Shown in pieces: positions 46,587 through 57,390 of a stretch of 64,000 bases of DNA. Location of the stretch: assembly GCA_965204775.1 (NCBI GenBank), contig CBDBFH010000028.1, forward strand, positions 25,555 through 89,554, given 5' to 3'. The position numbers and the translations under genes were made by a program. Position 1 is the first letter of the stretch, and every line of letters starts with the position of its first letter. A model generated the notes under the pieces. That model had not been told where the DNA came from. It saw only the letters and a program-made list of their open reading frames with translations, and made no database searches. Source of the stretch: Alphaproteobacteria bacterium (lineage in GTDB: Bacteria; Pseudomonadota; Alphaproteobacteria; JAPOUT01; G958296285).

Positions 46587-48770
46587 TCAGCTGCGCCCGC
46601 GCCCGATTTTGGAAAAATCGGCAACATTGTTCATCATGCCATGCAGGCCAACAAGAAGACGCAGGCGGTTGATACGTAATTTTTCATTATCCGTATTGAC
46701 CAAAACCTCGTCAAAAAATCGGTCGACGACAGGTCGCAGCTGGGCCAGCTGCTGAAAAGCCTTCTCAAAATCTATATTCACAGCGTGGATGCGCATTTCT
46801 ATGAAGTTCATTTCTCCCATCCGGCCATAGAGCTCTTTTTCCGCCTCTTCTTCAAACAGATGCGCATCAGGGGGTTGCCCGTAGAGGCTGTCATGCCCTT
46901 CTTTTACCTCCTGCAAAATGCCGCGCGCGCGCCGGTAGGCGGCGAGAAGATTTTTTCCGTCCTGCATACTCAGAAATTGATCAAGAGCATGCGCCCGCGC
47001 ATGAATAAGCCAGATGTTGCCGGCGCCCTTGTCGGCGGCGGCGGCGTCAATCAGATCATGCGCCCCACCCTGCTCGCGCAACCAGACTTTCAGGCGCTCA
47101 ATCATAAAGGCGACAAGATCACCGCACGCCTGCTTCGCCCGCCCATCATCATCACAGACGCCGGGGATCGTTGCGCGATAAAGCCTGATTGCCTCGCTGA
47201 AACAGCCACGCAGGGAAGGCAGCCATTCCTCCGGCCCCTCCGGCCTGCGCGCATCATCGGCGGTTGAAAAATAATCGATGGCCTCTTGCCGCGTTCCCTC
47301 TTCAAGCGTGCGATTTTTCCAGTCTGCCTCAACCATCAAGCGGATAAGGCCGCGCGCGGCCCGGCGCAGACCATGCGGGTCTTTGGAGCCGGTCGGCCTT
47401 TCCCCGATCAGAAAAAGGCCCGCGAGCGCATCAATCTTGTCGTAGACAGAAAGGAGCACGCCCTCCTCATGGGCCGGGTAGCGGTCATCAGCGCCGCGCG
47501 GGAGGTAGTGATCTCTTATCGCCTGCTCAACCCTATCGAGGTGCGGCGGCCTGCCCTTGCTGGAAGACTTCAAATAATCGGCCCCGATCACGCCTTGCAG
47601 TTCGGGGTATTCGGCAACCATCTGGCTGGCCAGGTCGGCTTTTGCCCATTTGGCCGCCTTGAGCGCATTTGCCGTTGCCTCAGAATGGTGCGCCTTATCG
47701 CCAGCCTTGCACAATGCCTGCAACCGCTCTGCCTTGTCCCACATTGAGCCCAGTTTGGGATGAAAGGCGATGTTTTTTGTGCGCTGGCGCAACTCTTCGA
47801 GGCCGGTCTTTTTGTCCTGCGCGATAAAGAACAGGGCATCGGCCAGCCGCGCATGGACGACCCGTTCCGTGCCCTTGACAATCGCGCCGCCGCCGTCCTC
47901 TGCCTCAATATCGGCGCAGAGCCAGAAATGGGCGGCGGGTGTGTTGTCCGCCCGCTTGAAAAGGAGGCAGTCCTGATTCTTCCACAGGATGGTATCCAGG
48001 ACATCACGGCTCAAAGACCGCCTGAAGGAATCATCAAATTGTCCGTGAAGCAGCACCGGCCACTCGGTGAGATTGGCCAGTCTGCGCACCTGGCCTTCCT
48101 TCAACAAACGACAATCTAGTCGTTCCCTGCTTTGCTCCCAAATTTTCGCCTCCCGCTCCTCCACATCAATCAGCACTTTGGCCTTGCGCATTTTTTCCCT
48201 GTAATCGGCAAAAGAAGAGACCGGGAAAGGCTTGGGAGCCATGAAGCGGTGGCCGGAGGTTTCGCCGCCGGCTTCAACCCCCGCCGCGGCAAAGCGCACC
48301 GGCGCGCCGTCAAACAGGCAGAGGATCGAGCGGACCGGCCGCACCCAGCGCATGTCCGACTGCGGCCAGCGCATCGACTTCGGCCAGACGATTTCTTTCA
48401 TTGCCTGCGGGATCATCTCCGGCAAAAGCGCGTCAAGCGGGCGCGGCTTTTTTTCGATCCGGGCGAACCAGTAGCCTTTGTCTTCTCTGATTTTTGCGTG
48501 TTGATATTTGCGCCGAAAGCCCTCGACCGCCTTGGCCGGAGCATCGGTGCGCGGACCTCTATGGTCCTCGCTGGCGGCGGGGGTTTTATCGGGCAGGCCG
48601 GTCAGGCACAGGCCGATCCGGCGCACGGTTGAAAAAACTTTCGCCTTGCCCGCCTCGCACCCGGCTTGCTTGAGTCCGGCGCAGAGGCGCTCACACAATT
48701 GTCGCGCGCCGCTTTCCTGCATGGCGGGGGGAATCTCTTCCGAGACGATTTCCAGCAGGAGTTCAGCCAT
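46587..48770 (-). CDS. glyS: glycine--tRNA ligase beta subunit
   Basis: 727 aa with GlyS N-terminus [15 protein letters not shown] and conserved body; 8-nt overlap with glyQ. Confidence 0.9.
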   Translation of the reverse strand: MAELLLEIVSEEIPPAMQESGARQLCERLCAGLKQAGCEAGKAKVFSTVRRIGLCLTGLPDKTPAASEDHRGPRTDAPAKAVEGFRRKYQHAKIREDKGYWFARIEKKPRPLDALLPEMIPQAMKEIVWPKSMRWPQSDMRWVRPVRSILCLFDGAPVRFAAAGVEAGGETSGHRFMAPKPFPVSSFADYREKMRKAKVLIDVEEREAKIWEQSRERLDCRLLKEGQVRRLANLTEWPVLLHGQFDDSFRRSLSRDVLDTILWKNQDCLLFKRADNTPAAHFWLCADIEAEDGGGAIVKGTERVVHARLADALFFIAQDKKTGLEELRQRTKNIAFHPKLGSMWDKAERLQALCKAGDKAHHSEATANALKAAKWAKADLASQMVAEYPELQGVIGADYLKSSSKGRPPHLDRVEQAIRDHYLPRGADDRYPAHEEGVLLSVYDKIDALAGLFLIGERPTGSKDPHGLRRAARGLIRLMVEADWKNRTLEEGTRQEAIDYFSTADDARRPEGPEEWLPSLRGCFSEAIRLYRATIPGVCDDDGRAKQACGDLVAFMIERLKVWLREQGGAHDLIDAAAADKGAGNIWLIHARAHALDQFLSMQDGKNLLAAYRRARGILQEVKEGHDSLYGQPPDAHLFEEEAEKELYGRMGEMNFIEMRIHAVNIDFEKAFQQLAQLRPVVDRFFDEVLVNTDNEKLRINRLRLLVGLHGMMNNVADFSKIGRGRS

Positions 48771-49637
48771 TGTCGGCTTTCAGCCACTGCCCGGCGCACA
48801 GATCGGCCAGCGCGCGCACACGCCCGATCCATTGCGGGCGGGCGGCGGCCCCGACAACCCCGCGTGCATCCAGCAGATTGAAGAGGTGCGAGGCCTTCAG
48901 GCACTGATCATAGGCCGGCAGGGCAAGGCCCTTTCCGGCCAGCAACCGGGAGGCTTTTTCGGCGTCGTCGAAATGGCGGGTCAGGGTTGCGACATCGGCG
49001 AACTCGAAGTTATAGGCGGAAAACTCGCGCTCGGCGCGGTGGAAGACGTCGCGGTAGAGCAGATCTGCGCCCCCCGGTTTTTTCGCATAGACCAGATCGT
49101 AGACATTCTCCTTGTCCTGGACGAACATGGCCAGCCGCTCGAGGCCATAGGTGATCTCGCCGGAGACCGGATCGCAGGCGCGCCCACACATCTGCTGAAA
49201 ATAGGTGAACTGGGAGACTTCCATCCCGTCGCAGCGCACCTCCCAGCCCAGACCGGCGGCGCCCAGTGTCGGGCTTTCCCAGTCGTCCTCGGCGAAGCGG
49301 ATGTCATGGCCGGACGGCTTGATCCCGATCTGCGCCAGACTCGCGAGGTAAAGGGCCTGGATATCTTCCGGCGCGGGCTTGAGGACGACCTGCAGCTGGT
49401 AATAATGCTGGAGGCGGTTGGGGTTGTCGCCATAGCGCCCGTCGGCGGGGCGGCGCGAGGGCTGGACATAGGCGGCGCGCCAGGGGTCGGGCCCGAGCAC
49501 GCGCAGGGCGGTTGCCGGGTGAAAGGTGCCTGCACCCATTTCCACGTCATAGGGCTGGAGGATGGCGCAACCCCGGGCGCTCCAGTAGGTCTGGAGGGTG
49601 AGGATGATGTCCTGGAGGGAGAGGCCTGCGGCGGGCA

Positions 49638-49638
<1 letters not shown>
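48763..49638 (-). CDS. glyQ: glycine--tRNA ligase alpha subunit
   Basis: Highly conserved GlyQ sequence ([35 protein letters not shown]). Confidence 0.95.
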
Positions 49639-50720
<1,082 letters not shown>

Positions 50721-53303
50721 CTAAAAACTATGGCGCAGACTGAGGAGGAAGCGGGCTTCGGGCCGGGCGGCGCGGACATGGCCGGGCTGGAGGGCGACAC
50801 CGGCCAGGACATGGAGATGGGTCTTCGGGCCCAAAGCGCGCAGATAGGCCGCCTCCAGAGCCCGTTCCCGCCCGGAAGGGGCAAGGCTCACCCGGGCCTC
50901 GCGCCAGACCAGCGAGCGGTCCGCGCGCCGCGCAGAAGCAAAGCGCAACCGCGCCCTGCCCTTCTCAGCCCGCAAAGGCTGAGACAGCCGCAGGCCAAAG
51001 GAAGACCCCTCGCCCTGCCGCCAGAGCCCGATCTCAAAGGCGCTGGCCAGGAGCGGCTCGATTTCCGTGAACAGGCCACCGGCATCAGGCGCGCGCGCGA
51101 CCCCCAGCCAGCCTTGCGCCAGCAAGGTCCAGCCCAGGGGCAGCGCAGGCGACAGGCGCAGTCCGGTGAAGAACGTCTCTCCCGCCCCCAGATCAAGCCC
51201 GCCCGCCCCGCGCGCGGCCAAAACCCCCTCCGCCTCGCGCAGAAAACCGCCTTGCAGCGCAACCGAAGGCAACGCCTGCCAGGACAGCGCCGCCCCCCAG
51301 CCATGACCGGGGGCCTCGCGCGCCGGGTCTGCGCCATCGCCCGCCTCCAGCGAGGAGAACAGGCCAAGTCTGATCCGCCCCATCCGCGCCCCGAAACTCG
51401 CCGGGGTTCCATGCAGGCTCATGAAGGGCGCAAAGGCGCGGGCATCGGCAAACAGCTGCGCCCCGGCGCGGGAAAGTGGCGAGCCCAAATCCTGCGCCCG
51501 CCCACCGATAAAGGAGAAGTTCGGCTCCGGCGCAAAGGCCGGGAGGGAGGCGCGGGCCATCCGGGCAAGGCGGCGGGCCGGATCGGGCCGGGAGGGACTT
51601 GCGACAAAACCGCCCAGCGGGACCGGGAAGGGGGCGTCCAGTTCGTCAAACAGGGCGACCGCCTGTCCGGCCAGACCGCGCGCCAGGGCGTCGCCGAAGG
51701 CCGGGGCGAGGCTCAGCCCGGTCAGACGGCTCAAGACGGTCTGCGCCCGGTCGAGCGCCGGGCCGGCGGTGGCCATGCGGGTCTGGCCGACCGGTTCGGT
51801 CGCCGCCTTGAGGTCGAGCAGGCCCTGCCCGTAGATCGCATTGAAGGTGCAATCGGGCAGTGGCGCCGTCTCGCCGGGGCTGGCGCACTGATCCGATATG
51901 CCGGTCCCGGTCTGGATCAGGATCGAGTCCGGCGCGTATCTGCCCGCCTTGTCGGCGGTGAACAGAAGCCGGGCGGCGACTTCCTCCGGCATGACGCTGG
52001 CAGCGCCAAAAAAGTCAAGGAGGAGCGCAACCGAACCGGAAATGAGGGGAGCGGCATAACTCGTTCCTCTGAACCCTCCATAGAAGTTCGCGTCAGAGGC
52101 CTGGGTATCGACCCCCTGCACCCCGAGCCCGGGGGCGGCGAGACAATAGGGGCCGGCGACTCCGCAATGGTTGGACAAATCGGCGATTTCGCCGTCATTA
52201 TCGGTGGCGGCGGCGACCAGCCAGTGCTCCTGCAATTCCGGAAAATAAAAGGGTAAGGTCGTAAAGAAGTTGCTAGGCGAGTTTTCGCGTGTCGGCATCT
52301 GGCCAAACTCGTTGCCCACCGACCAGACATAGACCGTCTTGCCCGGCGGCCCCACGTCGTCCGGCTGGTCCTGGGACAAAGCGGCAATTGTGCGGGGAAT
52401 AAATCGCTTGATTCCATCCCGGCTACGCACATCCCGCGTCGGGCCTCCCTCTCCGAAGATTCTTCCGTAACTGTTGTTGACGACATGCGCGATCTCATTC
52501 ATGGAGTTGAAGTTGGCAGCGTCGCCCATGGACAGCTGCCGGGTATAGAGGCGGGCCTGGGGGGCGATGCCATGAAAACCCCTGCCGTCTTTGCGTGCCG
52601 CGATGACCGAGGCCACCGATGTGCCATGGCGATTGGCGATAGGGTCGCCGCCATCGACATGCGCGCTGCCGGTAACGAAGGTTTCCGCCGCCAGGGCAAA
52701 TTCCTGCTGCCCTCCGTCGATTGGACCACCCTCGATGACGCCGACGATGATTCCGGCCCCGGAGGTTGGCATTGCGCCGGGCCGGGCCTGACCACGGGCA
52801 TAGGCCCAGTCGGCCTTGATCACATCCAGTGCGGGCTGGTTCATGAATTCGGCGGTGCGCTGGGCATCGCGCGCGCTCGCCGCCAGCCTGTTTGCGGAGA
52901 GGAGCAGGCTGCTGGCAGCCGGATTGCCCTCAAGCGGTGCAAGGGGGGCGGGTTCCGGCATAGGAAGAGGTGAGGGAAGATCAGGCTCCGGCGCAGGGGG
53001 ATCAGGCTCCGGCGTGGGTAGATCGGGCTCCGGCACGGGGAGATCGGGCTCCGGCGCAGGAAGATCGGGCTCCGGCGCGGGAAGATCGGGCTCCGGCATA
53101 GGAATAGGTGAGGGAAGAGTAGGCTCCGACATGGGGAGCCCGGGATCCAGCACAGGATTGGATTGCGTAGAGGGGGGCGCCGCCGAGGGTTGCCCGCCGC
53201 CGGAACTGCATGAGGCCAGCGCCGCAGCAAGAGCGGCGAATCCGGCCATCCGGCAAAGCGCGGGGAGGTTTTTCTTTGCTTTCTCGGAATGAACCCGTTT
53301 CAT
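50721..53303 (-). CDS. lipoprotein subtilisin-like (S8) serine-protease autotransporter, NalP/SphB1-like
   Basis: Lipobox ALASC; PEPDLPA repeat linker; S8 motifs HGTSVAS, VGNEFG, GTSYAAPLISG; C-terminal beta-barrel-like domain ending in ...LSLRHSF (terminal Phe). Confidence 0.8.
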   Translation of the reverse strand: MKRVHSEKAKKNLPALCRMAGFAALAAALASCSSGGGQPSAAPPSTQSNPVLDPGLPMSEPTLPSPIPMPEPDLPAPEPDLPAPEPDLPVPEPDLPTPEPDPPAPEPDLPSPLPMPEPAPLAPLEGNPAASSLLLSANRLAASARDAQRTAEFMNQPALDVIKADWAYARGQARPGAMPTSGAGIIVGVIEGGPIDGGQQEFALAAETFVTGSAHVDGGDPIANRHGTSVASVIAARKDGRGFHGIAPQARLYTRQLSMGDAANFNSMNEIAHVVNNSYGRIFGEGGPTRDVRSRDGIKRFIPRTIAALSQDQPDDVGPPGKTVYVWSVGNEFGQMPTRENSPSNFFTTLPFYFPELQEHWLVAAATDNDGEIADLSNHCGVAGPYCLAAPGLGVQGVDTQASDANFYGGFRGTSYAAPLISGSVALLLDFFGAASVMPEEVAARLLFTADKAGRYAPDSILIQTGTGISDQCASPGETAPLPDCTFNAIYGQGLLDLKAATEPVGQTRMATAGPALDRAQTVLSRLTGLSLAPAFGDALARGLAGQAVALFDELDAPFPVPLGGFVASPSRPDPARRLARMARASLPAFAPEPNFSFIGGRAQDLGSPLSRAGAQLFADARAFAPFMSLHGTPASFGARMGRIRLGLFSSLEAGDGADPAREAPGHGWGAALSWQALPSVALQGGFLREAEGVLAARGAGGLDLGAGETFFTGLRLSPALPLGWTLLAQGWLGVARAPDAGGLFTEIEPLLASAFEIGLWRQGEGSSFGLRLSQPLRAEKGRARLRFASARRADRSLVWREARVSLAPSGRERALEAAYLRALGPKTHLHVLAGVALQPGHVRAARPEARFLLSLRHSF
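52950..53135 (-). repeat. about 6 tandem copies of a 21-nt unit encoding PEPDLPA (Pro-rich linker)
   Basis: Near-identical repeated units GGAAGATCGGGCTCCGGCGCA... on the + strand. Confidence 0.8.
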
Positions 53304-53341
53304 CTGCCCAATCGGTTCCTCGATTTGGGTCCGCCGGAGGT

Positions 53342-54256
53342 CTATATCTGGAAACCCTTTTTGATCGGGGGCAGGTCTTCGAAATCAGGGGCGCGCTTTT
53401 CCTGCCCGGCCTTGAAGGCTTCGGCCATATCGGCGGGTTGGAACATGCCCGACTGCCAGACGGCTATATGTTTGAGGCTGTCGGCGACGGAGTGGTCGCG
53501 GCCATAATTGAGCATCTCCTTCGACCCCCAGACGGCGAGCGGCGACTTTTCGGCGATTTGCCGTGCGGTCTTCATCGCTTCGGCGATCATCTCTTCCTGC
53601 GTGTCGAAGAGGCGGGTGACGAATCCGGCGGCGAAGGCTTCTTCGGCGGGCAGGCGGCGTCCGGTATAGGCGAGTTCGCGCACGAGGCCCTGGGGCATGA
53701 GGTAAGGCAGGCGGGGGAAGGTTCCGACGTCGGCGGTCATGCCGATATTGATTTCCTGAATGCAGAAGAAGGCGCTGCGGGTTGCGTAGCGGATGTCGCA
53801 GGCGGAGGCGAAATCGACGCCGCCGCCGATGCAGCCGCCCTGCACGGCCATCAGGACCGGGATGCGCGCCTCATCGAGGCAGGAGAAGGTCTGCTGGGTT
53901 TCGCTGACCGCCTGCATGAGCCGGGCGCGCCTTCGCCCTTCTTCTTTGGGGAGGTTTTGAGGCGGACGGGCGAAGACGGACAGGTCCATTCCGGCGGTGA
54001 AATGCTTGCCGGTCGAGGAGATGACGAGGACGCGGGCGAGCGCATCGGCGTCGATCTTGCGCACGATGCGGGGCAGGTCCTGCCAGAAGGCGGGGGTCAT
54101 GGTGTTGAGTTTGCCGGGGCGATTGAGGATCAGATGGGCGATCCGGTCCTTGATTTCGAGTTTGAAGCACGGGCTGGCCAGTTCTTCGCCGACGACGGCG
54201 GCGTCCGGCGCGGGGGTTTGGGGGCGCAGGGGGGTGATTTTTTCGCTCTGGCTCAT
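53342..54256 (-). CDS. enoyl-CoA hydratase/isomerase family protein
   Basis: Crotonase sequence (ILNRPGKLNTMT, ISSTGKHFTAGMDL, QGGCIGGGVD); start set at MSQSEK with AGGAGAGAG RBS; longer Pro-rich ORF extension rejected. Confidence 0.8.
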   Translation of the reverse strand: MSQSEKITPLRPQTPAPDAAVVGEELASPCFKLEIKDRIAHLILNRPGKLNTMTPAFWQDLPRIVRKIDADALARVLVISSTGKHFTAGMDLSVFARPPQNLPKEEGRRRARLMQAVSETQQTFSCLDEARIPVLMAVQGGCIGGGVDFASACDIRYATRSAFFCIQEINIGMTADVGTFPRLPYLMPQGLVRELAYTGRRLPAEEAFAAGFVTRLFDTQEEMIAEAMKTARQIAEKSPLAVWGSKEMLNYGRDHSVADSLKHIAVWQSGMFQPADMAEAFKAGQEKRAPDFEDLPPIKKGFQI

Positions 54257-54415
54257 CGGTGCTCTCTCCTGGCGGGCGGGTGAGGCGAATGTATCATGGA
54301 TCGCGGGCGGGGCAAAAGCCCGGCCCGCGCCGGGGGCGGCGGGTGGCGGGCTATATTGAGGGGGCGACCGAGGCGGGCCGCCGCGCGGCGCAGGAGGTGT
54401 GCGAGGCCGGGGAGT

Positions 54416-54448
54416 AATCCCCTTTGCGGCGGGGATTTCGGCTATAAT
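54416..54448 (+). promoter_or_regulatory. hairpin (AATCCCC-N8-GGGGATT) followed by TATAAT; candidate promoter/operator for the maoC-SDR-MBL unit
   Basis: Inverted repeat at about 54416-54437 and TATAAT at about 54443-54448, about 45 nt upstream of the start codon with AGGAGG RBS. Confidence 0.25.
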
Positions 54449-54491
54449 CCGGGTCTGGATGAAATGGAGATGAAGCACACAGGAGGGGCTG

Positions 54492-55343
54492 ATGGCGATT
54501 GACTACGACAAGATCATGGCGCTGGAGGCGAAGGATCAGGCGTTTTCCTACACCGACCGGGAGACGATGCTCTATGCGCTGGGGGTTGGGCTGGGGCGCG
54601 ATCCTCTGGCGGAGCGCGAGCTGGCCTATGTCTATGAGAAGGAGCTGAAGACGGTTCCCAGCATGGCGACGGTGATTGCCTGGGGGGCTGGAGCGCTGGG
54701 GGAGAGCGGGATCAATTATATGATGGTGGTTCATGGCGAGCAGCGTCTTTCGCTGGAGCGTCCGTTGCCGGCTGCCGCCGACATTCTGGCCGACACCCGG
54801 GTGACCGGGGCCTATGACAAGGGGAAGGAGAAGGGGGCGCTGATCACCACCGAGACGGCGATTCGCCTGAAATCGGGGGAGAAGCTCTGCACGCTGGGTT
54901 CGACGGTTTTTGCGCGAGGCGACGGCGGTTTTGGCGGCCCGCGCGAGGGCGCGCCTGCGCCGCATCCGCTTCCTGAGCGCGATCCGGATCTGGTCTGCGA
55001 GGCGGATACGCGCCCCGATCAGGCCCTGCTCTACCGGCTGTGCGGCGACCGCAATCCGTTGCATGTTGATCCGGTTTTCGCCGGGGCGGCGGGCTTTGAG
55101 AAGCCGATCTTGCACGGGCTTTGCACCTATGGCTCGGCCTGCCGGGCGGTTCTGGCCAATCTGTGCGGCTACGACCACACCCGGATCAGGCAGTTTGACG
55201 CGCGTTTTTCTGCGCCGGTGATTCCGGGCGAGACGCTGGCGGTGGATGTGTGGCAGGAGGGTCCGGTGGTTTCGTTCCGGGCGCGGGTCAAGGAGCGCGG
55301 GGTTGTTGCGCTGAACAATGGCAAATGCGTTCTGGCCTCTTGA
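54492..55343 (+). CDS. MaoC-like (R)-specific enoyl-CoA hydratase/dehydratase (double hot-dog fold)
   Basis: Hot-dog motifs (DRNPLHVDPVFAGAAGFEKPILHG). Confidence 0.8.
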   Translation: MAIDYDKIMALEAKDQAFSYTDRETMLYALGVGLGRDPLAERELAYVYEKELKTVPSMATVIAWGAGALGESGINYMMVVHGEQRLSLERPLPAAADILADTRVTGAYDKGKEKGALITTETAIRLKSGEKLCTLGSTVFARGDGGFGGPREGAPAPHPLPERDPDLVCEADTRPDQALLYRLCGDRNPLHVDPVFAGAAGFEKPILHGLCTYGSACRAVLANLCGYDHTRIRQFDARFSAPVIPGETLAVDVWQEGPVVSFRARVKERGVVALNNGKCVLAS

Positions 55344-55346
55344 CCG

Positions 55347-56186
55347 ATGGAGGATTTCACGGGGGAGAGCGCGGTTGTCACCGGCGCGGGGAGCGGGATA
55401 GGCCGGGCGCTGGCGCTGGAGATTGCGCGCCGGCGGGGCCGGGTTTTTTGCGGCGACATTGACGCGGAGGCGGCGGGCCGGACCGCCGGGGAAATTGCGC
55501 GGGGCGGCGGGGCGGCGGAGAGTTTTGCCTGTGACATTTCCGATCCGGACTCGTGCCGGCGCTTTGCCGCTCAAGCCGGGGAGCGGGCCGGGACGATCAA
55601 TCTGTTATGCGCCCATGCCGGGGTTGGAGCGGGGGGCGGTCTGGGGCAGTTGAAGGCGCACAATCGCAGCTGGCTTCTGGCGGTCAATATTGAGGGGATG
55701 CTGAACACGATTGAGGCGTTTTTGCCGGGGATGCAGGTTGGCGAGGGCGAGCGCCATGTGATGCTGACCGGCTCGATGGCGGGGTTGCTGCGCCCTGCGC
55801 CGGAGTCGAGTTTTTATGCGATGACCAAATATGCGGTGATCGGGATGGCCGAGGCGCTGCGGGCCGATCTGGCGGGGAGCGGGGTTGGGGTTTCGGTTTT
55901 GTGTCCGGGTCTGGTCAACACGCGGATCTGGGCGTCGGCGGAGCGGCGTCAGGAGCGCTTTGGCGGCCCGCGCCGCCTGCCGCCCGAGACGGGCCGGCGC
56001 TGGGAGGAGGAGGGTCTTGCTCCGGATTATGTTGCGCGTCTGGCGCTGGCGGGTGTGCGGGGGGGCGAGTTTTACATTCTGGTTCCCGACGAGGCCCGGC
56101 GTCTGGGCGGTTCCTTCAAGGCCCGGATGGAGGAGTTGAACGCGGCCTTCAAAAAGGGGCTGGAGCGGCTGGCGGCGGCGCGCTGA
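55347..56186 (+). CDS. SDR family oxidoreductase
   Basis: VTGAGSGIGRALA Rossmann motif and YAMTK catalytic motif. Confidence 0.8.
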   Translation: MEDFTGESAVVTGAGSGIGRALALEIARRRGRVFCGDIDAEAAGRTAGEIARGGGAAESFACDISDPDSCRRFAAQAGERAGTINLLCAHAGVGAGGGLGQLKAHNRSWLLAVNIEGMLNTIEAFLPGMQVGEGERHVMLTGSMAGLLRPAPESSFYAMTKYAVIGMAEALRADLAGSGVGVSVLCPGLVNTRIWASAERRQERFGGPRRLPPETGRRWEEEGLAPDYVARLALAGVRGGEFYILVPDEARRLGGSFKARMEELNAAFKKGLERLAAAR

Positions 56187-56277
56187 TACGGCCTGCCGGG
56201 GGGCTGGCGGTTGCCGCCCTTCCGGGCTATACGTCTTCTCTCTTTGGAGAAAGGTTCGGAATATACGAGGTGCTGCG

Positions 56278-57363
56278 GTGGCTTTTTTGAGGCGCAGATT
56301 GTTCTGGGTTCTTCTCGCGCTGGCGTTTGCGGCGGGGGGCGGGTTTTACATTTTTGCGCCGCAGATTGCGCTGCGCCTGATGGACCGGGCGCTGGCGTCG
56401 AATCTGAGCGGCTCGGCGCTGGACGCTTTTCCGGACGGGCTTCATTTTGTGCTGTGCGGTGCGGGGGGGCCTCTGCCTGATCCCCAGCGTTCCGGCCCGT
56501 GTTCGATGGTGATTGCGGGCGATCATGTTTTTGTGATCGACGCGGGATCGGGCGGGGTGCGTAATTTGATTAGGATGCGCCTTGCGCCGGGGCGAATCGA
56601 GGCGATCTTTTTAACGCATTATCATTCCGACCATATTGACGGACTGGGAGAGTTGTTGATGCAGCGCTGGGTGGGCGGAGGCCATAAAGAGCCGCCGCCG
56701 GTTTATGGGCCGCCGGGGGTGTCGCGGGTGGTGAGCGGCTTCAATCTGGCCTATGACCTGGATGCCGGCTACCGGGTTGAGCATCACGGCGGGGAGATTG
56801 CGCCTTCGACGGGTTCGGGCGGCGAGGCGCGCGGCTTCCCTCTGCCCCGCGCGGGGGAGGACCGGATCGTCTGGGAGCGGGACGGGGTCAAGGTGACGGC
56901 CTTTGCGGTCGATCACACGCCGGTGGAATCGAATGTCGGCTACCGGTTCGATTATGGAGGCCGGTCAGTGGTGATCAGCGGAGACACGATCAAATCGGCC
57001 AATCTGGCGCGGGTGGCGAAGGGGGCGGATCTTCTGGTCCATGAGGCGCTGTCTTTCCGTCTGGTCGAGCGGATCACCGCCGCCGCCGAGCGGGCCAGGA
57101 ATGCGCGGGTGGCCAAAATCACCCGCGATATTCTGGACTATCATACCCGCCCGGTCGAGGCGGCGCAGATTGCGCAGGAGGCCGGGGTCAAGGCGCTGGT
57201 GCTGTATCATATTGTTCCGCCGCTGCCGCTGGCCGCGCTGGAGCGGGTCTTTCTGGACGGGGTTGGCGCGGCTTATGACGGCGAGGTCATTTTGGGCCGG
57301 GACGGAACATTCATCTCCCTGCCCAAAGATTCGGAGGAGGTTGAGGATGACAATCTGCTTTGA
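56278..57363 (+). CDS. MBL-fold metallo-hydrolase (signal peptide/TM at N-terminus)
   Basis: LTHYHSDHIDG (HxHxDH) motif. Confidence 0.8.
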   Translation: MAFLRRRLFWVLLALAFAAGGGFYIFAPQIALRLMDRALASNLSGSALDAFPDGLHFVLCGAGGPLPDPQRSGPCSMVIAGDHVFVIDAGSGGVRNLIRMRLAPGRIEAIFLTHYHSDHIDGLGELLMQRWVGGGHKEPPPVYGPPGVSRVVSGFNLAYDLDAGYRVEHHGGEIAPSTGSGGEARGFPLPRAGEDRIVWERDGVKVTAFAVDHTPVESNVGYRFDYGGRSVVISGDTIKSANLARVAKGADLLVHEALSFRLVERITAAAERARNARVAKITRDILDYHTRPVEAAQIAQEAGVKALVLYHIVPPLPLAALERVFLDGVGAAYDGEVILGRDGTFISLPKDSEEVEDDNLL

Positions 57364-57390
57364 GGAAGAATCGAGGATCAAAGAGCGAAA

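Noticed and set aside
54257..54478. Pro-rich 74-aa N-terminal extension of the crotonase ORF
   Set aside because: The extension would abolish the divergent promoter region. The crotonase fold starts after MSQSEK, which has a good RBS.
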